Shown in pieces: positions 38,653 through 47,691 of a stretch of DNA of 56,236 nt. Where the stretch lies: assembly GCA_027317125.1 (NCBI GenBank), contig DAHVFG010000004.1:1-56236 (forward strand), in the 5' to 3' direction. A program made the translations under genes and the position numbers. The notes beneath the pieces were generated by a model, which worked only from the letters and a program-made list of their open reading frames with translations, searched no databases and was not told the origin of the DNA. The DNA comes from Chloroflexota bacterium (lineage in GTDB: Bacteria > Chloroflexota > Chloroflexia > QHBQ01 > JADMIH01). How positions within the stretch are numbered: position 1 is the stretch's first letter; each line of letters starts with the position of its first letter.

Positions 38653-39531
38653 ATGGATTTGCCCGTTGTCCTCATCAAGTTCCGAGACTATATCTTCTGG
38701 TTTGGGCCTGCGTACCTTGTCGCTCTGCTCCTTAGCGCAACAACAGAAGTCATTCTGCGCCGTACGCTCAAACTGCCCCCTGCTGGTGGTGAGGGCAAGC
38801 AGACTCAGCCCGAAGCCGATTTGTTGCCTGCACTCTGGGAGCGCCTGAGCGTTAGCATAGATGCCCGTCAGCCTCTCTCCTTACGGCTCTACATCTGGCT
38901 CTCAGTAATGTCGGCCTCCGCCTCCTGGGTCGCCCTGTTGATGACTGGGGTCCTCAGCTGGGCGCTGTCACTGCTGAGAATAGGTGTTGCTTTCATCTTT
39001 GCTGCGGCTTTAGCCACCCTTGTACCACTCGTCGCAGGCAGCCGAAAGGAGCTTCAGGCCCCAGCACCCGGTAGAATTGGGGATACGCCTACACCCGCAC
39101 CACCTGCCCATATAGAGTGGTGGCGCGCATTGAACCACAGCTTCTCAAAGAGCAGTAACCAGGTGATAGCCGGCGCGGCCCTGGGTGGCGCTTTGATCGG
39201 ACTGACAGTACAGCTTTACGGCTTCCTCCATTTTGTGCTCGGAACGCCCGTAGCTTATCTATTCGCCTCCGTAATAGCTACCCTGACTACCCTGACGCCC
39301 GGCACCGACGCACCACTGCTGGCAGCTATGCAGACGAAGGAGCTGGAGCCCGGAGTTGTCGCATTAATGCTCGCTGTCTCTGTAACCCCTTTTGGCCTCC
39401 TACGTAAGCTGAAAGAAGACCTGAAGCTGGAAGTGAAGGCCATGGTCGCGTATGTACTGCTCGCCTGGCTCCTTGTGGCGGTAATTGCCTGGCTGCTGAA
39501 TGCTACAGGGCTAATAGCAGGAGTGCTCTAG
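38653..39531 (+). CDS. Permease-like membrane protein (weakly DUF318/ArsP-like)
   Basis: About eight TMs in two halves; DAPLLAAM..K...PG..ALML pattern. Confidence 0.55.
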   Translation: MDLPVVLIKFRDYIFWFGPAYLVALLLSATTEVILRRTLKLPPAGGEGKQTQPEADLLPALWERLSVSIDARQPLSLRLYIWLSVMSASASWVALLMTGVLSWALSLLRIGVAFIFAAALATLVPLVAGSRKELQAPAPGRIGDTPTPAPPAHIEWWRALNHSFSKSSNQVIAGAALGGALIGLTVQLYGFLHFVLGTPVAYLFASVIATLTTLTPGTDAPLLAAMQTKELEPGVVALMLAVSVTPFGLLRKLKEDLKLEVKAMVAYVLLAWLLVAVIAWLLNATGLIAGVL

Positions 39532-39723
39532 AATGCTGCTCTGCACATTCCGCAGATGTGCCACAGGCACCTCAGATGTGAACAAGCGCCGGACGTTGGG
39601 TAGCGCCGCTGAGGATAAGATCTCAACAATAAGATATCGCAACCTCGCAATCCAAAGTTCAAAACGCCATCTACCCCGATAGAAAGCTAGCGAGTCATGC
39701 CAGATGACAGCAGGCAGATCTGT

Positions 39724-41061
39724 TCACTGGAGAGGCTCTTCGGGCAGGGGAGTACGCAGCAAGCGCAACCCCAGAAGCCCGGCGAGCAGCACCAGTGCTA
39801 CTCCAGCGGCGACAAGCGCTACCCCAGGAGCGGTGCCATACATAAGCGTGCCTAATATCCACCCGCCAAGTGCAGGCATCCCTGCCGCCAGTGTGGTGTA
39901 CAAGCTCAGGACGCGCCCTCGCACAGTGTCCGGTGTTGCGCTTTGCAGTCCTGCATTAAGGAGCGTCATGGTGCCGGTCGAGGCGAAGCCCACAACTCCA
40001 AGCACCGCACCTGCCGCGAGCAGTCCCGGAGAGAGCCCCAGCGCTATCAGGGCGCAACCTAATAGCAAAGCGCCGAGGCGTATAGGCCTGAGATAGCGGT
40101 TGTGCTCTCCTGCGCTGTGCTGCCCAAGCAACCAGGCAGTAAACCCTGCCGCGAGAATCGCGCCGACGCCGGGAAGAGCCGCCAACGTGCCATACGATGT
40201 AACATCGCCTCTCCAATGCATCTTCACAAGTGCAGGTAAGACATGCACATAAGAACGGCCTAGAAGGCTGAGAGCAGCAACCAGTGCGAGCATTAAAAGT
40301 GTCTTTGGCGCGCCCCGCAGGTATCTCGCTACCACACGCATGCCTCTCTCTCCTCTGCCGCCTCCGCTTCTTCCTGAATTACCCGGCGCTCCTGGTGATG
40401 GCTCCGGGCGGCCCGCTGGCCCTCGCACAAGCCATGCTGCCACCAGCAAGTAAGTCAAGGAGTTGGCGAGAAAACAGATGCCTGCTCCTGCCAGCGGGAG
40501 CAACAGCCCGGCAAGTGCGGGGCCCACGACGGCCCCGGAATTGTAGGAGAGCGCGTTCAACCCCACAACTCGCCCACGCTGGCTTACATGCACAACTCCC
40601 GGTAGATAGACCTGGCGTACAGGATTATCAAGCGCCATCACAGTTGAGAGTAATCCCGCAAGCACCAGTAGCACGCCGGGCGAGAGCGCTCCTGCGAAAG
40701 CCAGGACAGCCATCAGCGCCGGTATAGTGGCCAGCGCTGCCTGTGTGAATAGCAGCAGCGATCTTCGAGGCCACGCGTCAGCCATCATGCCCCCGAGTAG
40801 CGGTATACCGAGTAGAGGTGTGGCCTGCACCAGAGCTAGCAGGCCGAGCTGTTGCGCGTTCTGTGTCTTCTCCCACATGAACCACGCCTGGGCTGCTATC
40901 TGCAGCGCTGACCCCGCATTAGAGGCAAAGAGAGCCAGGAGCATACCTCTGACCCAGCCGGTTAGCTTTCCAGGCTGTTCCGGTGCTTCCGGCACCCCTG
41001 GTTGCGAAAGTGCAACGCACGTTGCTTGCCCTGGCGGTCGTGAGCGATGAGAGGTGGGCAC
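39724..41061 (-). CDS. MFS transporter (MFS_3/EntS-like)
   Basis: GGMMADAWPRRSLL, DNPVRQ, GPALAG, QSATPDTVRGRVLSLY. Confidence 0.9.
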   Translation of the reverse strand: MPTSHRSRPPGQATCVALSQPGVPEAPEQPGKLTGWVRGMLLALFASNAGSALQIAAQAWFMWEKTQNAQQLGLLALVQATPLLGIPLLGGMMADAWPRRSLLLFTQAALATIPALMAVLAFAGALSPGVLLVLAGLLSTVMALDNPVRQVYLPGVVHVSQRGRVVGLNALSYNSGAVVGPALAGLLLPLAGAGICFLANSLTYLLVAAWLVRGPAGRPEPSPGAPGNSGRSGGGRGERGMRVVARYLRGAPKTLLMLALVAALSLLGRSYVHVLPALVKMHWRGDVTSYGTLAALPGVGAILAAGFTAWLLGQHSAGEHNRYLRPIRLGALLLGCALIALGLSPGLLAAGAVLGVVGFASTGTMTLLNAGLQSATPDTVRGRVLSLYTTLAAGMPALGGWILGTLMYGTAPGVALVAAGVALVLLAGLLGLRLLRTPLPEEPLQ

Positions 41062-41062
41062 G

Positions 41063-41806
41063 TTAATCGAGGTGGAGTATGACGAAAGCCTCAGCGAGCG
41101 GCAATCCTACTTGAGCGCCAATACCCTCCGCTCGCTTACGCCAGTTCGTCGCGAGACCTACCGGATCGCTAGTCTGGCTCCGGTGAGCGAGGCGGGCCGC
41201 GATTTTCTTGTCCATACCCGCTGTGATATCAACATACGCGTTCGGGCTTGTAGTGGAGAAGAGCCAGAGTTGTGAGACCGAATGAGGCTGAAGGGCACTC
41301 TCTAGCTGACCAGGAAACGAGAGACGGTCACGAGCAAGAGGGTAAGCGGCATCAAGGGCAGCACGCCCCACAATCCTGTGGTCTCTGTGGCTCAGATATG
41401 GCGGGTATGGGTTCTCAGGGTCGTGGGTGAATAGTGCCAGAGGCCGCCAACTGCGGATCGCTTCGACAAGCTCTCCTCGCAACGTCCTGGTCTCCTCCAC
41501 CTCCCCATCAGAGTAACGCAGAAAGCTAACTTCGCAGATACCCAGTAGCTCTGCCGCCTCTCGCGCCTCTGCCTCTCGTTGCCGGGCAACCGTCTCCGAA
41601 GTAGACGTGGCGTCGCTTGACCCCTTATCACCGGAGGTGACAAGAAGGAGCTTTACTTCCACGTCCTTATCTATTGAGCGCGCAAGCGTACCTGCACACC
41701 AGCTCTCCATGTCATCGGGGTGGGCCGCAATAACCATGATAGGCCCCTTGTCGGGCGGCTCGACCACTTCACTATGTATCATAACTACCTCTCCTTTGTC
41801 TCCCAT
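41063..41806 (-). CDS. PIG-L/LmbE family deacetylase
   Basis: IAAHPDDME, TSGDKG, HRDHRIVG, AHRSQ, AEAF. Confidence 0.92.
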   Translation of the reverse strand: MGDKGEVVMIHSEVVEPPDKGPIMVIAAHPDDMESWCAGTLARSIDKDVEVKLLLVTSGDKGSSDATSTSETVARQREAEAREAAELLGICEVSFLRYSDGEVEETRTLRGELVEAIRSWRPLALFTHDPENPYPPYLSHRDHRIVGRAALDAAYPLARDRLSFPGQLESALQPHSVSQLWLFSTTSPNAYVDITAGMDKKIAARLAHRSQTSDPVGLATNWRKRAEGIGAQVGLPLAEAFVILHLD

Positions 41807-41816
41807 AGCGCATAGG

Positions 41817-42234
41817 GTAACTGTTCAGAGTAAGGGTAGAACAAAGTCCAAGTCGTGCCTGTGCGGGTACACCTGCCCTCACCCCCAACCCCTCTCCCAC
41901 AAGGGGAGAGGGGCTTTGTGCATGGTGAGTGCACAAGGGACACCCCTGTAACCCTCTCAGGAGCTTGGCCCTTGCACCCTATTCTTCTGAAAATAGGCTC
42001 TCAGCAGCCTACTTTCATGGTAAGCGTTCAGACTAAGGGTGGATGGGCCAGCCTAGCCCCCTCTCCCTTCATGGGAGAGGGGCATGGGGTGAGGGTAGGT
42101 GAGGGTAGGTGAGGGTAGGTGAGGGTACGCCTCCATAGCTACTCCTTGAAGATTGCTCCACCCTTACTCTGAACAGTTACACTTTCATGCCCAGTTGGTG
42201 ACCCGAAGGGTCATGAGTTATTCTGAACATTTAC
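41817..42234. mobile_element. Composite MITE-like element
   Basis: Perfect 21-bp inverted ends GTAACTGTTCAGAGTAAGGGT (41817-41837) / ACCCTTACTCTGAACAGTTAC (42160-42180). Also an internal second left end at about 42020, tandem GGTGAGGGTA units, and an appended module 42181-42234. Confidence 0.85.
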
Positions 42235-42247
42235 CCATGGGGCTAGC

Positions 42248-42303
42248 TTGACAAAAGCTGCCTGGATAGATATTATACAATATGTGAGCATCTACTCATA
42301 TAA
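42248..42303 (+). promoter_or_regulatory. sigma70 promoter and SmtB/ArsR-type operator
   Basis: TTGACA (42248-42253), 17 bp, TATTAT (42271-42276). Imperfect palindrome ATATGTGAGCATCTACTCATAT at 42280-42301. Confidence 0.8.
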
Positions 42304-42326
42304 GCTATAACGCAGGCAACGGCGAT

Positions 42327-42779
42327 ATGTTGCACCAGTTGCCGTCAAGAGGAACTGTAAAAGGGCAGAGTGATGGTAAGGACGCAGGTGACCAGATGTT
42401 AAGGCAACGAAGGCATACCCAGTTGACTGCTATTGAGCCCGAGGCGGTGGCCGAAGCGCGCGTCGATATACCGTCCGAGGGGATAGTGGCGCTGGTGGTG
42501 GAGACCTTCGAGGCGCTCGCCGATCCTACCCGTGCACGGATACTGTATGCGCTCAGCAGGCGCCGCTTGTGTGTGCGTGACCTTGCGATACTGGTAGGTG
42601 TCTCCGAGTCGGCGGTCTCTCATCAGATGCGCTTGCTGCGCACCCGGCGCCTGGTCAAAGGAGAGCGAGAAGGTACTGTCATCTTTTACTCGCTCGTCAA
42701 CCACCATCTTGATGTTCTGTTCAGAGAGGCCGAGTACCACGCCGATCACCTGCTACAGGAACGGCCAGATCATCCCTAA
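42327..42779 (+). CDS. ArsR/SmtB family metal-sensing repressor
   Basis: FEALADPTRARIL, LCVRDLA, SESAVSHQMRLLR, alpha5 NHH...HADH; alternative start ATG 42396. Confidence 0.92.
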   Translation: MLHQLPSRGTVKGQSDGKDAGDQMLRQRRHTQLTAIEPEAVAEARVDIPSEGIVALVVETFEALADPTRARILYALSRRRLCVRDLAILVGVSESAVSHQMRLLRTRRLVKGEREGTVIFYSLVNHHLDVLFREAEYHADHLLQERPDHP

Positions 42780-42844
42780 TGGTGCGTAGACCGACGCAAA
42801 GCAGTCGCTGAGTAATACATATATCAGTAGGGCGTCAAAGTAAC

Positions 42845-44115
42845 TTGAAAGAACAAGAGCATTCTCACGCCGGTGAGCACGAAGGCCACCGCCACCCCAC
42901 GCTGACGGTCTTGCAACGCCTGCCGACGCGCATGAGCATGAGCACGGCGACAGTAAAGCGGCTCATAGTCACAACCCTGCCGTTTCTCCTGCTAACAGCC
43001 AGACCATGCGCATGCTGACGCTGCGGACCACGGCCACGAGCACGATACTGACGGGGGCGATGGCCACGGTGATGGCCACGGTCACGGCCATGATCACCCC
43101 GATCACCCTGAAGGTCCGCTGGGGTGGCTGCGCGAACTGCTACCCTTCGCGCACGGGCACAGCCACGGGGGCGTGAACGTCGATACGGCAATGGAGACCA
43201 GCGACCGGGGTCTATAGGCGCTCAAAGTCTCCCTGGCTGGGCTTGGCGCTACAGCCCTGTTTCAACTGGTGATAGTGCTTATCAGTGGCAGTGTAGCGCT
43301 ACTGGCCGATACGATACACAACTTCTCGGACGCCCTTACCGCTATTCCGTTGGGTATAGCTTTTGTTCTAGGCAGGCGTGCCGCCAGCCGCCGCTACACC
43401 TACGGATAAGGCCGGGCGGAAGATGTAGCGGGTGTGGTAATCGTCTTCGTGATCTTCGCGAGCTCCTTAGTAGCAGACTGGGAGAGTTACCAGAAGTTCT
43501 TGAACCCGCAGCCCTTGAGCAACCAACGTCTGGTGGGTCGTTGTGGCCGCGATAGTCGGTTTCGCGGGCAATGAAGGGGTGGCGGTCTTTCGCATCCGTG
43601 TAGGTAAGGAGATAGGCTCGGCCGCTCTCATCGCAGACGGGCAGCACGCCAGGGTGGACGGAATAACATCGCTGGCCGTGCTATTCGGCGCAATAGGCAG
43701 CCTGCTGGGCTTCCCCCTTGCCGATCCTATTGTTGGTATGCTGATCACAATTGCTATACTATTTATAGTTACAGACACAGCCCTCACAATGTATCGCAGG
43801 CTCATGGACGCCATAGACCCCGAAATATTGGAGAGCATTGAGCAGACCGCGGCAAGCGTACCAGGGGCAGAAGATGCCCATGACGTGCGAGTCCGATGGT
43901 TGGGCCACGGGCTGCAAACCGAGCTGCACATCATAGTGGACGAGGACCTTCCGATCAGGGAGAGCCACAGGATAGTTGAGGAAGTGCGCCATGCCCTGTT
44001 CCACGCACAGCCCAAGCTGGCGGTGGTCAATGTACATGTGGACCCGTGCGGGCACAGTGGCGAAGATGCCCACAGCCGGACCGAGCACCACGCGAAACCT
44101 GTGCGCACTTCTTGA
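42845..44115 (+). pseudogene. Cation diffusion facilitator (CDF) pseudogene with His-rich N-terminus
   Basis: SGSVALLADTIHNFSD, SAALIADGQHARVD and VHVDP motifs, broken by TAG (43215-43217), TAA (43407-43409), a CAAC duplication (43520-43527) and upstream frameshifts. Confidence 0.9.
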
Positions 44116-44127
44116 GCAGTAGGGGTA

Positions 44128-44171
44128 TCAGGCTACACTCAGGCTACACTCAGGTTGCATTCAGGATTGGC
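44128..44171 (+). repeat. 11-bp period direct repeats (TCAGG x4)
   Basis: TCAGGCTACAC TCAGGCTACAC TCAGGTTGCAT TCAGGATTGGC. Confidence 0.75.
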
Positions 44172-44205
44172 AGTTAGAGTGGCTGAGAACAAGGAGTTTG
44201 TGAGT

Positions 44206-45009
44206 ATGCCAGAAGAACCGGCGAAAAGTGCGGAACCTCTCTCTCCGGCACTATCCACCACCGAGACGGCTCAGGATACCGCGCCTGCGGAGGGCGCTTC
44301 AGGTCCCAAGCTGGAGAGCCATGAGAGCGTTATTGGTGGGAACGTGCTGCGGGCAGGAGTGCTGGGCGTCAACGATGGGCTGGTATCGAATCTGAGCCTG
44401 GTGATGGGTGTGGCAGGAGCGGGGTTGGAGGCGAGAGCGATACTTATCACCGGCCTGGCGGGGCTGCTCGCGGGGGCCTGGGCTATGTCGATGGGGGAAT
44501 GGCTCTCGGTGCAAAGTGCGCGGGAGCTACACACACGGCAGCTACAGATAGAGAAGCAGCACCTGACGCTGATACCGCAACTTGAGCACAAAGAATTTGT
44601 GGAGATGTATGAGGCTAAAGGTTTATCGCAGGACCTGGCGCAACAGGTGGCGACTCAATTGATGAAGAACCCTGATCGCGCTCTTGACACGATGGCGCGA
44701 GAGGAGCTTGGCATCAACCCGGATGACCTGGGTGGTTCGGCGTGGCAGGCTGCCGGCGCGTCGGGCGTGCTATTTACAGTGGGGGCTATTGTGCCCGTTG
44801 CTCCATTCATCTTTCTATCGGGGATGGTGGCGGTGATAGGCAGCCTGGTTGCGAGCGGCGTTGCGCTCTTGATCGTCGGCGCTGTCATCAGCCGGCTGAC
44901 GGGGCGTGGAGCGCTATTTTCGGCAATAAGGCAGCTCCTCTTCGGTATGGCAGCCGCAGGGCTAACCTTCGGGATCGGGAAGCTCCTCCGTGTGAGCCTC
45001 ATCCGTTGA
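44206..45009 (+). CDS. VIT1/CCC1 family Fe/Mn transporter
   Basis: LRAGVLGVNDGLVSN, AMSMGEWLSV, REELGINPD; ATG 44206 after AAGGAG. Confidence 0.93.
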   Translation: MPEEPAKSAEPLSPALSTTETAQDTAPAEGASGPKLESHESVIGGNVLRAGVLGVNDGLVSNLSLVMGVAGAGLEARAILITGLAGLLAGAWAMSMGEWLSVQSARELHTRQLQIEKQHLTLIPQLEHKEFVEMYEAKGLSQDLAQQVATQLMKNPDRALDTMAREELGINPDDLGGSAWQAAGASGVLFTVGAIVPVAPFIFLSGMVAVIGSLVASGVALLIVGAVISRLTGRGALFSAIRQLLFGMAAAGLTFGIGKLLRVSLIR

Positions 45010-45256
45010 TACCCCAGGAGAGCACTGGAAGCCATCGACTTGCTTACCTTGCGGGCACAACGAGCGGCTAGTACATAGCTTGACAGCACACCACAACGCT
45101 GTCAACCTCGCTCGACAAGAGGCTGCACGCTAACGAAATAGCTGGGGAGGGCGCAAAGTGCAGGGTGAGGCTGCTAGCGAGGTAGCTCCTGGCCGTTCCG
45201 CTATCAGGGTTCCCTTCCCGGGTGACCGGCAGTCGCCCGCCGCAAACGATATATTC

Positions 45257-46063
45257 TTATATTCCGAAGTTGGGCGCTATGCGCTGGAAGAGGGAAAGGG
45301 AGTTGGTGAAAACGAGGAAGCCCATTACCACCAGCAACACGCCACTGACAAGCGAGATCACATTAACGTCCCTTATGAGCGGCCACTCTCCTAGCTTCAG
45401 CGAGTAAGTACGCCTGGTCAGCCTCTTGAGGCCCACAGAAATACGGCCCATGGCCATAGCCGTTAGCAAGAAAGGTATACCAAGACCTAGTGAGTAGGCG
45501 AGCGCCGGCAGGAAAGCCTGTGATTGCTGGCCGTTCAATGCGAGCGTGAAAATAATTCCTAACGTTGGCCCAATACAGGGTGTCCACCCTATACCGAAGC
45601 CCATACCTATCAACAGAGAGCGTAAGTACCCCAGATTGCTGGCAGGGCGGATCTCCAGCCGGCGTGTATAGTTCAGGAAGGGTATATTTATAGCGCCCAC
45701 CGTGTGGAGGCCGAAGACCACCAGCACCACACCCATAATCTGTTGTAGCACCCTGATGTTGCCTTTCAACAAATAGCTGAAGGTGCCTGCCAGCCCTCCT
45801 ATCACCACCACGAAGACCACCGTTAGGCCCAACACAAAAAGCAGTGCGTGCCCCAGTACGACCCACCGTGCTGAACTGCTGGACATGGTGGCAGTAGCAG
45901 CCCCACCGCGTCCTGTAACTACGGCATCGCCTCTAGCGGCTGCGAGAGCCGGGCCGCTCATATAGCCGATGTATGCAGGCACAAGGGGCAGCACACACGG
46001 CGAGAGGAACGAAACAAGGCCCGCGAACAGAGCTATCAAGAGAGAAGGAGCTTCGATTCCCAT
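45257..46063 (-). CDS. ccdA: CcdA (DsbD-beta) transmembrane electron transporter
   Basis: SFLSPCVLPLVP and GWTPCIGP catalytic Cys motifs; YSLGLGIPF. Confidence 0.95.
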   Translation of the reverse strand: MGIEAPSLLIALFAGLVSFLSPCVLPLVPAYIGYMSGPALAAARGDAVVTGRGGAATATMSSSSARWVVLGHALLFVLGLTVVFVVVIGGLAGTFSYLLKGNIRVLQQIMGVVLVVFGLHTVGAINIPFLNYTRRLEIRPASNLGYLRSLLIGMGFGIGWTPCIGPTLGIIFTLALNGQQSQAFLPALAYSLGLGIPFLLTAMAMGRISVGLKRLTRRTYSLKLGEWPLIRDVNVISLVSGVLLVVMGFLVFTNSLSLFQRIAPNFGI

Positions 46064-46232
46064 GGGTTGCTTTACCTTTCTTCCAGGATATAGAAACAAA
46101 TGTCGCAATGCGAGTCGCTAAATATGAGCTTTGCAAATTCGGAGGCGGCGACCACGAGCGTGGGGCGATTAGTGGCGTCCAAGAGATTATCAGGGCACTG
46201 TAAATAATTTATACCATGTTGGAGCGTCAGGA

Positions 46233-47162
46233 TCAACAGCCTCCAAGAAGAGAGTGAGCCTGATTCCAGAAGGCGCTGGACACTGCGGCCCAGATAGTGA
46301 TAGCCACAACGCTAGTAATGCTCGCTACTACAAAAGAACTGATAAAGAGGGAAGTGACATGCGGACCCGCAGGTGCGACGCCATCCAGCAGGTAGTCTAG
46401 CCGCCGATTGATCGCGTCAGTCGCGCCCACTCCTGTAGCGCCCACACCGGTTAGCTTGTTAGCCTTATGAGCTTGCTGCATGAGTAGCTTATACAAGGCC
46501 GCCAGCAAAGGCCGGTCGGTCCCCTGAGTGCGTAGCGCGTACTCATCAGCTTCTATCTCCTTGGCCAGCAGATATTGCTTTTGCCAGGCCTTGATAACAG
46601 GCAGGAAAAAAAAGGTGGTAGAGAGGGCATGTGATACCGCGCTTCTCAGAGGATCACGGTGCAAGAGGTGCAGATACTCGTGTAGGAGAAGGGCTTCTAC
46701 CTCTCGCACCTGTAACCCTGCTACCGCGCCCCTGGACAGACATATGCGCGGTCGTACCCACCCATAGCAAAAGGCTAAAGGTCTCTCGGTATCTATAAAG
46801 TCGAGATGGCTATATATCTCTACTATAGCCAACCTGCCCCAGGCCTGAGCATCTGCACTAACGCGGAGGCGCAACAAGCTTCGCATCATTCGCCTGGTAC
46901 GATACCACTGTCTCAGCAAAGAACAAAGAGCTGCAAAGAGGCTGACGCTCAGTACAGCCGCTATAGCGTAGCTCAGGGTGTGTGAGAGCCAGTCGGAGGG
47001 TGTAGGTACCATGAGGCAAACGAGCAGGTCGTCTCGCCCAACTGGGGCCTTCTTACTTAGCAGGCTGCCTGCTATCAGCGGACCGGCGATGGCTACAATG
47101 AATAGCAGCGTGATAGAGAGGGCCGCTACCAGCACCCGGCGGAAGCTCCCTTGCGCACTCAC
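46233..47162 (-). CDS. M56 family (BlaR1/MecR1 N-terminal) zinc metallopeptidase lacking a penicillin-binding sensor domain
   Basis: PLAFCYGWVRPRICLS.G, LLHEYLH...RDPLR, EIEADE, RRLDYL; GTGA coupling to the repressor gene. Confidence 0.92.
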   Translation of the reverse strand: MSAQGSFRRVLVAALSITLLFIVAIAGPLIAGSLLSKKAPVGRDDLLVCLMVPTPSDWLSHTLSYAIAAVLSVSLFAALCSLLRQWYRTRRMMRSLLRLRVSADAQAWGRLAIVEIYSHLDFIDTERPLAFCYGWVRPRICLSRGAVAGLQVREVEALLLHEYLHLLHRDPLRSAVSHALSTTFFFLPVIKAWQKQYLLAKEIEADEYALRTQGTDRPLLAALYKLLMQQAHKANKLTGVGATGVGATDAINRRLDYLLDGVAPAGPHVTSLFISSFVVASITSVVAITIWAAVSSAFWNQAHSLLGGC

Positions 47163-47632
47163 CCTCTCTCCTCCCTCTCCGCCGTCTCAACTCCTTGCCC
47201 TTTTGCCTCCTCCAGGAGCTTGTGTAATCGCTCAAGGTGCTTGGGTTCGACTTGCTCTACAGCCTCCAGAAACTGCGCCAAAACCAGATCCCCAAAGTCC
47301 GCGACGAGCGTATCGACCATATGCTGGCTGCAACGTACGAGGAACTCCTCTTTCGTTAGCGCCACATGATACATATGTGTCTTTTTGTCTATAGCAGTAC
47401 GCCTGAGCAGCCCTTTTTCTGCAAGATGCACCATAACAGTCATCACAGTGGTGTACGCTGCGGGCCTGCTCTTCCTTATTTCGGTGGTAATATCTCGTAC
47501 AGTAGCCTCACCTGCTTCTCCGCGCAGCCACATCAACTCCATAACTTCAACTTCCAGCTCTCCAAGCAGCTTATGCAGGCTGTTGCTCTGTGGGCGGCTC
47601 ATTCTATCGTACGGCGTCCAGCGACGTGGCAT
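47159..47632 (-). CDS. BlaI/MecI/CopY family transcriptional repressor
   Basis: LGELEVEVMELMW, ATVRDI, AYTTVMTVM..L.EKGLL.R; strong RBS GAGGAGG before ATG 47632. Confidence 0.93.
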   Translation of the reverse strand: MPRRWTPYDRMSRPQSNSLHKLLGELEVEVMELMWLRGEAGEATVRDITTEIRKSRPAAYTTVMTVMVHLAEKGLLRRTAIDKKTHMYHVALTKEEFLVRCSQHMVDTLVADFGDLVLAQFLEAVEQVEPKHLERLHKLLEEAKGQGVETAEREERG

Positions 47633-47691
47633 AAGATCCTCCTCTTCCCGTTCCGGTTCCATTTCGGGATTGCTCTGCCTCTCGATCTTTG

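Noticed and set aside
41817-42234. Possible CRISPR array or RNA gene
   Set aside because: There is no regular repeat-spacer periodicity and no cas gene, and I recognised no tRNA or rRNA features; it is explained by the MITE/REP family.
43215-43217. In-frame TAG in the CDF gene as pyrrolysine or readthrough recoding
   Set aside because: The same gene also has a TAA and frameshifts, and TAG is a normal stop elsewhere in the window.
46233-47632. Beta-lactam resistance locus
   Set aside because: There is no penicillin-binding sensor domain and no beta-lactamase or PBP gene nearby.
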